DNA of 64,000 nucleotides from Sporopachydermia quercuum (taxonomy: Eukaryota): contig BCGN01000006.1 in NCBI GenBank assembly GCA_001599295.1, positions 868,001-932,000 on the forward strand, written 5' to 3'. The translations under genes and the position numbers were made by a program. Positions 48,201-59,827 of the stretch are shown here, piece by piece (the stretch's first letter is position 1; each line of letters begins with the position of its first letter). Below the pieces are notes generated by a model. It did not search any database. It was given only the letters and a program-made list of their open reading frames with translations, and was not told the origin of the DNA.

Positions 48201-51200
48201 AGTTTATTTCCCAATTGGGTCAAGCCTTCCGATGGCGAAATTGCCCCACTTTTGGTGTACAAATGGTGCCAGAGCATTAACGGGCTGAATAACGTTTGGA
48301 GCAATGAAGGAGGGGCATGTGGGGTAATGGTACAAACCGAATTAAGCAAATTAACCGAGAAAATCGACTTTACTCTCCTAAATAGGCTTTTGCGGCTAAT
48401 CATGGACCCTAATTTAGCAGATTACATTACTGCTAAAAACAATATTGCCCTCTCGTACAAGGACATGAACCATATTAACCAATACGGATTGATCCGAGGT
48501 TTACAGTTTGCCGGATTTGTATGGCAATTTTACGGTTTATCCGTCGATTTGATGCTTTTGGGACCTATCCGAGCCGCAGAAATAGCCGGGTTACCGGATG
48601 ATCCTAATGGATTTGCCGAGTTTAAATCCCTGGAAACCGAAACTGGACATCCAATTCGGTTATATACCCGGTATTTGGATAAAATTCACTTGTTTTTAAA
48701 GTTCGATTCGGAAGAAGAATGCCGAGAGCTTATTCAACGGTACCTTGCCGAAAATCCCGACCCGAACGGGTCCAATATCCTTGGCTATAACAACAAGAAG
48801 TGCTGGCCTCGGGATTCGCGGATGCGGCTTATCCGAAATGACGTGAATCTCGGAAGAGCCGTGTTTTGGCAGCTGAAAAACCGGTTGCCGAGGTCGGTTA
48901 CCTCACTGGAATGGGAAGATTCGCTCGTTTCTGTGTATTCAGCCGAAAATCCTAACTTAATTTTCTCCATGCTCGGTTTCGAAGTCCGGATTTTGCCCAG
49001 AAGCCGAGAATTANCCGCTTCCTCGGCTAAAGAAGGCGTTTGGGACTTAATACACCCAGAAACTAAAGCTAAAACAGCATCGGCTTATCTTAAAGTGTCA
49101 CAAACAGAAATCGATCAATTCAGCAACCGCATCCGGCAAATCTTAATGTCGTCCGGGTCCACCACGTTTACAAAAATCGCTAATAAGTGGAATACGGCAC
49201 TTATTGCTCTGCTTACGTATTACCGAGAAGCCGCTATTTCGACCGAAACCTTATTGGACGCGCTTGTTAAAGCCGAAACCAAAATTCAAACCCGAGTGAA
49301 AATGGGTCTGAATTCTAAAATGCCATCCCGGTTTCCCCCGGCCGTGTTCTACACGCCTAAAGAACTCGGAGGCCTTGGCATGCTTTCCGCGTCTCATGTG
49401 CTAATTCCGGCTTCTGATCTCCGATGGTCCAAGCAAACCGACACCGGAATCACCCATTTCCGATCGGGAATGTCTCATGAGGATGATAAAGTTATCCCCA
49501 CTTTGTTCCGGTACATCCCGAGCTGGGAATCTGAATTCCGAGACTCCCAGAGAGTTTGGGCCGAATATGCCATAAAAAGGGCCGAAGCGGCCCAGGAAAA
49601 CCGAAGATTGGCTTTAGAGGATCTTGAAGATTCCTGGGACCGAGGAATTCCTCGGATTAATACTTTATTCCAGAAAGATCGCCATACCCTCGCTTATGAT
49701 AAAGGCCACCGGATCCGAACCGTGCTGAAACAGTATACATTGCCGCGGGTAAATCCGTTCTGGTGGACCTCGGCTCGGCATGATGGAAAACTGTGGAACC
49801 TTAATTCATACCGAACGGACATTATTCAAGCTTTAGGCGGAATTGAAACCATTTTAGAACACACTTTATTTAAAGGTACCGGATTCGGGTCATGGGAAGG
49901 CCTATTTTGGGAAAAAGCTTCCGGGTTTGAGGACAGTTTACAGTTTAAAAAGCTTACAAACGCTCAACGATCGGGACTGTCCCAAATCCCAAATAGAAGA
50001 TTCACCCTGTGGTGGTCTCCTACAATTAACCGAGCTAACGTTTATATCGGCTTTTTGGTCCAATTGGACCTAACGGGTATTTTCCTGCACGGAAAGATTC
50101 CTACGCTCAAAATCTCCCTAATTCAGATATTCCGGGCCCATTTATGGCAAAAGATCCATGAAAACGTGGTTTACGATTTGTGTCAAGTGCTGGATGGGGA
50201 AATTGAAGCGCTAGAAGTGGAAAGCGTAGAGAAAGCAGCAATTCATCCGAGAAAGTCGTATAAAATGAATTCTTCCTGTGCCGATATAGTGATTTTGCCA
50301 CGGTTCCGCTGGCCCGTGAACGGCAAACCTAGTTTATTGTATGACGAGGAAACCGGAAACGATGGGTCCGTGGCGATTTCGGAAAAGATGTGGATAGACG
50401 TTCAGCTAAGGTACGGAGATTATGACTCCCACGACATTTCTCGGTACATCCGAGCCAAATTCCTCGACTATACATCTGACCCAAGCTCAATATATCCGAG
50501 CGGAACCGGAGTTATGGTTGGAATAGATTTAGCGTATAACATCCATGATGCATTCGGTAATTGGATCCCCGGTTTAAAACCGTTGATGAGAGAGGCAATG
50601 AAAAGTATAATGCGGAACAATCCGTCTTTGTACGTTCTTCGGGAGCGGATCCGCAAAGGACTTCAATTGTATCAATCTCAACCCCAGGAGGCGTTCCTAA
50701 ATGCCCAAAACTATCAGGAATTGTTCAATTCGGACATTCAACTGTTCATTGATGACACAAATGTTTACCGAGTTACAGTACACAAAACTTATGAAGGAAA
50801 TTTGACCACAAAACCTATAAACGGAGCCATATTCATATTTAATCCCAAATCGGGTCAATTGTTCCTCAAAATAGTCCACAGTTCCGTCTGGGCGGGCCAA
50901 AAACGGCTGGGCCAGCTGGCAAAATGGAAAACCGCGGAAGAAGTTGCCGCATTAGTCCGGTCTCTGCCTAAAGAGGAACAACCTAAACAGCTGATTGTTA
51001 CCCGAAAGGGAATGCTAGACCCTCTCGAAGTTCACATGCTTGACTTCCCCAATATAAGCATCAGACCCTCAGAATTACAGTTGCCGTTTCAAGCGGCAAT
51101 GAAACTGGAAAAGATCCAGGAGCTAATTTTAACCGCCACGGAACCTAAAATGGTGCTCTTGAACCTGTTCGACGACTGGCTAAATACAGTTTCTGCTTAT

Positions 51201-52469
51201 ACTGCATTTTCCCGGCTTCTATTGATCCTCCGGGCGCTGCATGTGAATGCGGAGAAGGCTAAGTTGATCCTTCGGCCCGAGAAGTCGGTAATCACAGAAG
51301 AAAATCACATGTGGCCGTCATTCTCGGATGAGGAATGGATGCGGGTGGAAGTTTCCCTTCGGGACATGATTTTATACGATTACGGCAAGAAAAACAATGT
51401 GAATGTGGCGTCATTAACCCAGAATGAGATCCGGGATTTGATTTTAGGCCAGGAGATCCGAGCTCCATCAGCTAAACGGCAGGAACTAGCCGAGGAAGCT
51501 GGAAACGGCACCGGAAACGGCACCGGAAACGGAAATATATCTGACGTGGGACAAATCTCGGCTATTAAGACTAAAGGAGTCAACGTACACGGAGAAGAAG
51601 TGATTACGTATACAACATCTAACTATGGACAGCAAACATTTGCATCTAAAAACGAATGGAGAAACCGAGCGATCTCGGCAACAAGTTTACATCTAAGGGC
51701 TAAGAATATATTTGTTCCGAAAGATTCCGAAATTGACCCGGAGACNTTTACGTACATCTTGCCTAAAAACATCCTTAAGCGGTTTATACAGATTGGAGAC
51801 CTTCGGGTCCAAATAGCCGCGTTTATATTTGGGGTTTCCGTTAAAGAGAATCCTCGGATTAAGGAGATCCGAGCCGCGGTCTTAGTACCTCAATTGGGAA
51901 ATAACGTTTCGGTAAAATTCCCTAATTTAACCCCCGAAGATGACTCATTACTTGCCGGATTAGAACCATTAGGCTTGATGCACACGGATGGGGTAGAAAA
52001 TGGGGAAATATTGCCTAATGAGGTAATCATGATGGGTAAACTGAATTCCCAAAACGACAAAGTATACACAAATAACTCGCTTGTATTACCCGTTGCTTTC
52101 ACCCCCGGTTCCATTACCATTTCAGGCTATTCAGTTACGGAATCTGGACTAGAATGGGGCAAAAACAACCAAAATACCCCACTTATCAATCCTGAAACAG
52201 GAACTATTCCCGGTTTTGATCCCGAATTCGGTAAACCCTGCCAAATCTTATTATCCGATAGAATTAAAGGCTTTTTCTTAGTCCCCAAAACCGGTATTTG
52301 GAACTACTCATTTTTAGCCGCGGCTTGGACACCCAATATAGAATACAGTCTGAAATTAGACACTCCATTGCCTTTCTATCACCAATTGCATAGACCTACG
52401 CATTTTATTGCGTTTAATAACTTGGAAGATAATGAAGCTGAAGTTGAAAAGGAGAATTATTTCGCTTGA
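45273..52469 (+). CDS. PRP8: Spliceosome core protein Prp8 (no intron, no intein)
   Basis: ~2400 aa with a Pro-rich N-terminus, [53 protein letters not shown], RNase H-like DDTNVYRVT and a C-terminal MPN-like domain. Confidence 0.98.
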   Translation: MPKNPPPPPPPGRSNKSVPPPPGSNRLGARPPPPPGARSFPAGGPPPVKPPGPSKGPKEAPEVRKRKLAEKKRKWLLHQKSRFGTTKKVNPSRIHPQKADMPPEHLRKIIRDHADMSARKFAADKRSYLGALKYMPHAVLKLLENMPQPWESMREVRVLYHISGAITFVNEIPRVIPPVYTAQWATIWLAMRREKRDRRHFKRMRFXPFDDEEPPILWSDXIQDVELPEAVELELNEEEDLSILDWFYDHQPLRDDPTHILGSSYRKWKLELPEMANLYRLATPLLTEGNNPNAGYLFDKKAFFTAKALNLAIPGGPKFEPLYKDVNSEDEDFTEFNSIDRIIFRIPMRTEYRVAFPFLYNSLARSVEIAAYHHPDNLFIRTDDPDLPAFHFDPQFNPISGRKVLTSGPEAELTETAEEFTLPDGFTPLLSDQNLTPEHTNSAISLLHAPHPFNRRTGNTCRAQDVPLIKNFYLEPCPGGNPAKVRVSYQKLLKTYVLTALHSQDPANYPASKTNLIRSLRQTKFFQQTSIDWLEAGLQICRQGFNMLNLLIHRKGLVYLHLDFNFNLKPTKTLTTKERKRSRFGNAFHLMREILKTIKLLVDAQVQYRLGNIDAFQLADGIYYIFNHLGQLTGIYRYKYKVMHQIRACKDLKHVIYYKFNRGIGKGPGCGFWQPAWRIWIFFLRGILPLLERWLGNLLARQFEGRHSNTVAKTITKQRVDSYYDLELRAAVLNDILDSIPEGIRQNKAKTILQHLSEAWRCWKANIPWKVPGLPXAIEKIILRYVKAKADGWISVAHYNRDRIKRGATVDKTVAKKNLGRLTRLWLKAEQERQQGFLKDGPFVTSEEAVGIYSQMVQWLESRNFNPIPFPPLSYKHDTKLLVLALEALKESYSAKARLNSSEREELALIEAAYDNPHECLARVKRFLLTQRVFKEVSVDMMDHYSHINPVYSVDPLEKITDAYLDQYLWYEGEKRSLFPNWVKPSDGEIAPLLVYKWCQSINGLNNVWSNEGGACGVMVQTELSKLTEKIDFTLLNRLLRLIMDPNLADYITAKNNIALSYKDMNHINQYGLIRGLQFAGFVWQFYGLSVDLMLLGPIRAAEIAGLPDDPNGFAEFKSLETETGHPIRLYTRYLDKIHLFLKFDSEEECRELIQRYLAENPDPNGSNILGYNNKKCWPRDSRMRLIRNDVNLGRAVFWQLKNRLPRSVTSLEWEDSLVSVYSAENPNLIFSMLGFEVRILPRSRELXASSAKEGVWDLIHPETKAKTASAYLKVSQTEIDQFSNRIRQILMSSGSTTFTKIANKWNTALIALLTYYREAAISTETLLDALVKAETKIQTRVKMGLNSKMPSRFPPAVFYTPKELGGLGMLSASHVLIPASDLRWSKQTDTGITHFRSGMSHEDDKVIPTLFRYIPSWESEFRDSQRVWAEYAIKRAEAAQENRRLALEDLEDSWDRGIPRINTLFQKDRHTLAYDKGHRIRTVLKQYTLPRVNPFWWTSARHDGKLWNLNSYRTDIIQALGGIETILEHTLFKGTGFGSWEGLFWEKASGFEDSLQFKKLTNAQRSGLSQIPNRRFTLWWSPTINRANVYIGFLVQLDLTGIFLHGKIPTLKISLIQIFRAHLWQKIHENVVYDLCQVLDGEIEALEVESVEKAAIHPRKSYKMNSSCADIVILPRFRWPVNGKPSLLYDEETGNDGSVAISEKMWIDVQLRYGDYDSHDISRYIRAKFLDYTSDPSSIYPSGTGVMVGIDLAYNIHDAFGNWIPGLKPLMREAMKSIMRNNPSLYVLRERIRKGLQLYQSQPQEAFLNAQNYQELFNSDIQLFIDDTNVYRVTVHKTYEGNLTTKPINGAIFIFNPKSGQLFLKIVHSSVWAGQKRLGQLAKWKTAEEVAALVRSLPKEEQPKQLIVTRKGMLDPLEVHMLDFPNISIRPSELQLPFQAAMKLEKIQELILTATEPKMVLLNLFDDWLNTVSAYTAFSRLLLILRALHVNAEKAKLILRPEKSVITEENHMWPSFSDEEWMRVEVSLRDMILYDYGKKNNVNVASLTQNEIRDLILGQEIRAPSAKRQELAEEAGNGTGNGTGNGNISDVGQISAIKTKGVNVHGEEVITYTTSNYGQQTFASKNEWRNRAISATSLHLRAKNIFVPKDSEIDPEXFTYILPKNILKRFIQIGDLRVQIAAFIFGVSVKENPRIKEIRAAVLVPQLGNNVSVKFPNLTPEDDSLLAGLEPLGLMHTDGVENGEILPNEVIMMGKLNSQNDKVYTNNSLVLPVAFTPGSITISGYSVTESGLEWGKNNQNTPLINPETGTIPGFDPEFGKPCQILLSDRIKGFFLVPKTGIWNYSFLAAAWTPNIEYSLKLDTPLPFYHQLHRPTHFIAFNNLEDNEAEVEKENYFA

Positions 52470-54314
52470 TTCAGCGAATAAGAGAGGTTATTTTTAGTTA
52501 TGCGGTAGATGTACAGGGAACCTCGGAATAGAAAATACGGGATTGAAAAGAATGTCGTAAAAGAACGGAATGGAGCGGAACTTAACAGTCAGATCTGAGA
52601 TTGTATACAGATTGGTACTTCGGGTTATTTTGATACAGCACAGAAAGTATCGGGATTGTGGGATCATTTAGAAACTTAATATAGTAAATGGAATAATCTA
52701 AGATTTGTAATTGCCTTCGTATCATAGTTTTATTGTAATATTTGCGTGAACTAGCATAACGTATGCAACTTGGTGAATGCTAGTATTGAAATTTGGGACA
52801 TGGTAGGAGTATATGCATGAATAATGCATTGAGATGTATTATTTGGAAGTTGTGCATACTATTGATTAGGACTGCATATAGACTACATTTGCAACTCGGC
52901 ATATAACCACATGACCCATGTTTGTTGTTAATGAAAGCAACCAGTTTTTAAATGTTTTCACAGTTTTGAATAAAAATCTGAACTCAATAGCGGAGTTTTC
53001 ACCCCAGTTTTATAGTGAAAATAACAAGTATTCTACTTCTACTAATCACCGATAGTTGCACCCATAAAAATCATTAAAGTTTGAACACCTTGCATAATTA
53101 TACAGTAAAATCTCAACTTTATTCATGCTCCTTTCAAATGTCATGTGCTGTGTTCTTTATACATACTATATTGTATGATAGAAGTAAAAACTTAACTACG
53201 GTGAAAAGGTGTGTTTTAAGAAGGGATAATGATCTTGCTTTTTATTTATGTCCTTTCTTGTTAATAAAACAGTGTAACATACAACGAACTTCGATGACGT
53301 GCTGAATAAAGTTTGATGATTCAATGCAATAAATATGCAGATCAAACCTTTTTCAAACCTTTTAGAATTGCCGGTTCTAAAATGTTAAGTATGCTAATTC
53401 ATTGAAATGACAGCCTGAACAGATTGTTATCGTATAATAATTCTGTTTGTTCTTAGTGAGGTTTTGATTACTGTTAACATTGAAATGAACGATGAAGTAA
53501 CTGCTAAAATCTACTTATACGAATAACATAAACAGTGTACGTATATTTCTTTCCAGACATTCCTATTTAAAGTTACAGATTTTTGCGTAGATCTGTCCTG
53601 AGATGCATAGTTTTATATCACTTAACTGATTATTTACTATGTACTGGTACTTGCTCAAATAACTCATTGAATGACGAGAAATCAGTCGACTGTTTAGTAG
53701 TAGAAGTAACTATACTGTACACATAATTTGTATTATTTTTTAGTTATTTCAACCTTTATTTAATGATTTTTAAGGCTCACTATTTAATTTTCATTTCCTG
53801 CACATTTTCTGCACTGACTCCAACTTAAATATTTATTTACATGTATAGCTCATACGGCTTTTTACCATTTTTTTCTTACTTTTTTTTGTACTTTTCTTGT
53901 CCTATTCAATTTCTTTTAATCCCGTAAAAAGAGAAACAGCAGAAGTAAATGGAAAATAATAACCGAGATTTATTCAACCCGGGGAAGAACACCGGTTCTT
54001 GTAGTGTTCATCACTTGACTCGACTATCCGTTTTGGTAGAATATTAGCATGGATGATTCCACTGAACTACGTTCTGTAGTATCAGCATCAACAGACTTCA
54101 TTGCAAGCGGAACATCCGCTTCGGCTTCCGAGATGGTTCCAGAAACAATCTCGGAAACATCTTTGGCTATTCCCAGCTCCACTATTGGTTCAAGCAACTC
54201 CGAACTGCCTAAAAGTACCGAAAATTCTCCTTTATGTATGTCCTTTCTTTTCAGTCTCAACAGTTTCACCACCTATCCTCACGGTGTGTATTGCCATTTG
54301 CCATTATTAGCATT

Positions 54315-57300
54315 ATGTCTACTGCTATTTTACTAACAAAAGAACCGACAGGCAATGAATTATTTGATGCCATAAAAGATATAAGACGCCTGGGGCTCAG
54401 CTTTTATGATATAATCAAAGGATCGCAAGTGAATGGTGAGTTTCTACGCAAATGTTATCTGATGTTGGATTTGGCAGTGCCCATAGATATCGGAAACAAT
54501 AACGGAAGCAATATCGGCGATAATAGTAGAAATAATATCGGAGCGGAAGATCCATCAGCCTTAAGAACTCCCGATGTGGCCGCAGCCCAGAGAATTGATA
54601 AAATGTATGCTAGTAACTACTCAACGCCGGTTCCTCCCAATGGTAATTTTACGCCACAGCTGACAACTTCCGACTTTAAACTCCTAGCCATGGTTTCCCC
54701 TTCCGCTCCAATCTCAATAACAACCTCAACCACAAATTTAGCCGCAACCGCGGACCAAAATCCTCGGAAACGGAATAAATTCGGCTCCAATAACAATTGG
54801 CTCAAAGACTTAATTATTCCTATCAATGATGACGAATTTAACGACGATATCAACATTGATTCTTCTATCAGTAGCTCAATCAAACATGTAACCTCCATTA
54901 CAACTGTTTCAGCTCCTTCAACTGCTTCATCAACAACTTCATCAGCACCGTCTAAAGTCATACCTAATAAACGTTCATACACAGATGGCGCTACTTATAG
55001 TAATACCGGAACGCCAAGTATTAGTATTAACGGCTCATCTACGAACTTATCAAGGCAATCATTGCGCCAAAAGGAAGAGGAAATTAAAAGGATGAGCGAA
55101 CGGATTGCCGCGCTGCTGGCCAATAAGAAACGGCTGCAGGAAGCGATCAAGGAGAAGCGGAACGGGAGGAACAGCGGGGGGAATGGTGGGGAAGAGTTTA
55201 CTGAGGAAGAGGGGGAAAGTGGGGACAGCGGGGAGAACACGGGGAAGATGTCGGTTGAACCCGAGAATAAAACTGGAGAAGATAATGAGGCAGAAGAGGA
55301 TAACNGAAATGTTAATGATGATTTCAATAGCGCTAGTAGTATTAGCAGTAGTAGTAGCAATAACGGGAATAATACTAAAGAATCAACTCCAGTTTCAAAT
55401 ACCAACCCCATCATTGCAGCACACTCTCCCCCTAGTTCTTCAAACCCTAATTTACGGCTTTACCGCTCTAAGTTATCAAAACTTCAAAACCAGCAGTCTT
55501 CATTACGGAAACTATTCACAGCAAGCAACGACAATATTACCGGGACCAAACGGAAAATATTGGAAGCGAAATCAATACTGGAAATGATAGAAACAAATAT
55601 TAACAAACAGGAGACTATACTACAAGAGCTTAATGAGAAAAGACGGAAAACTTTACAAGAGTTGAAAGTGTATAATGACACGTTGAACGTTCAAGAGGAG
55701 TTTTTAATGAGCAAAGCAGAATTTANTCAGGATATTGAAAGAGAAATAGATGATCTTCGGAAGGAAATTCTGGTGTTGGAGGAGAAAGAGGAGAATGTGG
55801 GAAAGATGAAAATAGAAGAAGACATAACAGAAATTGAAAGTAGAGTTGGAGGGCAAACGACCAGAGATATTACGGAGANGGTACCCCAGAGTACGGGAAC
55901 TATATTAAGTGAGGATGGTATGTAATGGGTTTGTAATTTGATTCGGTGAACATGAAATTCAGGAACTGAAATGAATATTTAGCAATTGGTCTAAATTAAC
56001 GGAAGAAATAATGGAAGAAATAGNGAAAACGATAGCGGAANCGGAATCGGATATGCAATGTATTTTCAGAGTACAATGAATGTCTTACATATTATAACAA
56101 TAGTAACTGCCTGCATATTAAATCATTCATTCATCATTTGTCTGCTTTAATGGAAGATTATGTGATTTTGCTGCTTAGATGCATAGAAGGTGGGAGGTAA
56201 AGTGTTGAGGATGTCAAGAAAGAGCCAAGAATCAGAGCACAAGACAAAGATAAAGACAAAAACGTATGAATTGCAGCTACAAGTTGTTGTTTATGCTGTT
56301 TGCTTTATGATTTGTCTCCCACAGCTGTTGATTTCCTTTTCCTTTAGCACAAACTGTACATTTTTAGCTTGATAACGGCGTACTTCATGCTATCCGCAGT
56401 GTTTAGAATTTAATCTAAGATGCTAGAGCAAGCATAGAAGTTTTGGTGAAACTGAAAGAATAAGAAAACGCGTGTGTAACAATTCTGAAACTGCAGGATA
56501 GTTTATGCTATGATTTTCTTGTTTCTGCTGTATTTTTCGTTGCTATTTTCATTTTTTCCGGGATTGTTCTCGCTGCTTCCGTTGATGTTGACTACGGAAG
56601 TTTTACTCATAAACTTGATGGTTTACTAACTGAAAATATGCAATAGTTAATGAAAATATTAAAAACGATTCAATTGAATTTAATACTGTGAAAAGTGATG
56701 AGATAGTGGATGATAGTTCGATTCCAGCAACAACGGCGAGAGAGCAGCGAACTGTTCGTTATTTTAATGGGGAGAGCAATGATAATAGCAGTACTAATAA
56801 AAGCAAGGTCACCAATAGTAATAATGAAAATGCGAATAATATTAATGNAAAGAATAAGAGCAATATTGCCATGAGAAACGTTGTTACTAATGAAATGTCT
56901 CAAGAGGAACTAACTGATGAAGACGAGAATGAAGTTGACTCAACTGATTTAATTAAAACTGATAATAGTAATAGTGCTAATGATAAGAGTATTAGTATTG
57001 TTGGCAATAATGATAGTAGTAGCAATATTTTAAAAGATGGTGTTAACGCTGATGACAATAAATTCAATTCAGTTGAGAAGGTAAGTGAATAATTTCTTGT
57101 ATTTTGAGGGACTATGGAAAGCAGATAAAATAAGGATGATATTCCGGAAACGATACCGAATACTGGAACTAGTAGCAGGATATCTAGGAATAATGAAGCA
57201 AACACTAGAGATAATGCAGTAACTACTGGAAATAGTATATCGGAAACTACGAGAAACAATGTCCTACAGTTGTTTATATTTATACACTTGAAACAAACTT

Positions 57301-57960
57301 CAAAATGATAGTTTCAACTGCTCTTATAAAGTACTTGCAAATAGTGCAAATGTTTAGTTGGTATGGTGGTAAGACTACATTAAGCGGGCTTCAAATACAA
57401 GAATGATGCAATATGATAGGCAGGCACCCACAGTTATTCAGCTTATCCACAATTCCTTTATCATTTTTTCTTATATTGTTCTTTATTTTCCACTAACAAA
57501 TCTAAAGCCACAAGTTTCTCTTTTCACTCCTTATATTTCTCCATTGAAATGCTTTAAATCCTTCAGATTCAGCCCATTTTTTGGTTACGTCAGTAAATCA
57601 GGACTCAGATCATCAACTTGGAGCAATACTATCAACCCTGATGGTATTGTATGCAGTGACGAACTATTTGATGGAAAATGCCAAAACACTTCTTGTATTT
57701 ATCAGCATTTGTCCGACTGTATAATGGATGGAACTGAGATACTAGTAGATTTAGCTAAGTGTACGGTTGGAAAGGATAGTAATGAATATAAATCAAATCT
57801 GAGTAAAGAATTGGAGCAAGCAGGTGCTGAGTGTGATGATTTTGATTTACTAAGTCGAATAATATTGGATTTTCGCAGAAAGCATATTGAAGATAATCAG
57901 TACTTAGACTGGAAAAAGTTTGGGTCTTTATGGAAGAAAGAAAAGAAGTTTGAGAGATAA
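54315..57960 (+). CDS. Red1/ZFC3H1-like zf-C3H1 protein (MTREC/PAXT-type exosome adaptor); exons 54315-55917, 56647-57080, 57508-57960
   Basis: The last exon encodes FTPYISPLKCFKSFRFSP...SSTWSNTINPDGIVCSDELFDGKCQNTSCIYQH, a zf-C3H1 signature. Introns GTATGT...TACTAAC..TAG (55918-56646) and GTAAGT...CACTAAC..AAG (57081-57507) join three ORFs in frame. Confidence 0.75.
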
Positions 57961-59827
57961 TTAAGCTTAAAACGTAAAGATACATAGTGAGTAGTGTTCC
58001 ATATGGCTAAATTTGTACTAAATCGGATTTATCGATCATTATAAATGGAAAAGCGCAGTAATTAGTAAAATGTTTTGGNTAGGTCTAATGGTAATAAGGT
58101 TCTTTATACCTGTGTAAAGTTTGTTCACTTGCATACCACTCTTCACATATAGAATTTTTGCCTGCCTAATTAGGATTTATGGCATTAACTTTAAAATTCA
58201 ACATTCCACTTAAGTTTCACTAGTGGTAACTTTAATGTTTCTTCACACTCGCTCTTGCTTTTCATACTTATTATGAACCATATAAAGGTTAACCATTAGT
58301 TTACTATTAATGAGATGACAGTTCACTGCTTATAATCATCTTTCTTGACCTTTTATCGGTAATCCTTCTACCAATTGCAGTCACCATAGTTGGCTGACCT
58401 TTGATGTGACTAATATTGCCAATCGTAACACGTTACAACAAATAAGCTTAACTTAAGCTGTATATATTTGATTGGCTCATTTTTCTGGCTGTTACTATTA
58501 AAATACCAATTAATATTACCAATATTGTTCATCTCGATTATTTTCAAACTTGCCGTTCATTCAAATTCAACTACTAATCCATTTATTATTGCCAATGCCC
58601 ATATTCCCATTTTCCTTATTCCTCGTTTGCTTCCAGACAGAAGAAAAATAAGTCAGGCCCTTTGTTATTCAGTTTTATTTCTTCATAATTGAGAATTTCT
58701 CTTGATAACCAAATAGTAAATCAACCAGTGAAACTATTGATCTATTTATCTAAACAATAACCTTCTATCTTTCTAATTGCTGGAAATGATAGAAGAAACT
58801 TACTGTAACACTAAAAGGAGTAAATTTTCTGCCCGCAAACTTAACGACTATAGTCAACTCAATATTCATATGCTGGGGAATCATTCCATATTACTTACTG
58901 ATTATCACACCAGCTGAGATATCTTATATCGTTTTATAGAAGAAACATGAGACCGTTAATGCCGTAGACTAATCGACAAAGAAAGAACTAGATTACAATT
59001 TATACTCTACACTCAACCGGTATATATATCATTAGATCATTTCTTTTCTATTTATTCATACATTAAATAAAAACAAATAGTTGATAGATTATCTACTCTT
59101 AACAATCTGTGACAATCATTTCCTAAATAATATATGCTGTAGCAAGTCAAGCATATTAGCTGTTGCGATCAAAAAACAACACTGTACAAAATATGTCACA
59201 TAAACATTAATATCATAAATATAGTTTATATACAATGAAGAGTAATTTTTTTCTGTAGATTAGAGATTTCATTCTGATTCTCATAGAAAGCAACCTTCAG
59301 TTGACGTAATTGATATACACATTAACACATCAAATACTGAATTCAATTCGCATAGCATAACATGATATAGAACTGTCACTAATATATTTGCTCACATGAG
59401 GTAGTGCAATACTAGTTGAATAGTCCAAAATGCTCTATACCAACATTCATTTCACCTAAATTTATCTCATCAGTAACTTGATTGGTCATACTTCATCGTG
59501 ATCATAATTTGACAAAGTAGTTTTACTCTTCTTTCNCGTATACTTATCCTTTTTCTCTCTTCTTTCGTTTCTATTGTCAAAAGCCCCGATTCTACAAAAG
59601 TCGTCGTAGTAGCAATGCCAGCTTTGCCTAACTCTTAAATTCTCTATAATNAAAATACTAACTGATTTACAATAAAGATTACTGATAATCTGCTGTTGAG
59701 TTATCTCAGTAGAAATGCGAATTAATGCTTTGAAAGGACCTGCAGATGATGTTGACTAGTCAACCGATCATCCAGGCAGCTTTCTTTTTCATCCTGTTCA
59801 TTTTGTTCACATTGTTCAATCTTATTA

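Noticed and set aside
49900..49940. PRP8 intein
   Set aside because: The canonical fungal insertion site reads FWEKA|SGFE uninterrupted (49919/49920), and the protein length is normal.
54049..54336. 95-aa Ser-rich ORF overlapping the Red1-like start
   Set aside because: No family is recognisable and I found no convincing splice link to the main frame. It could be a uORF or an alternative 5' exon but is unsupported.
58000..59800. Hidden gene, LTR or snRNA in this intergenic region
   Set aside because: I found no credible ORF, TG...CA repeat pair or U1/U2/U4/U5/U6 hallmark by eye.
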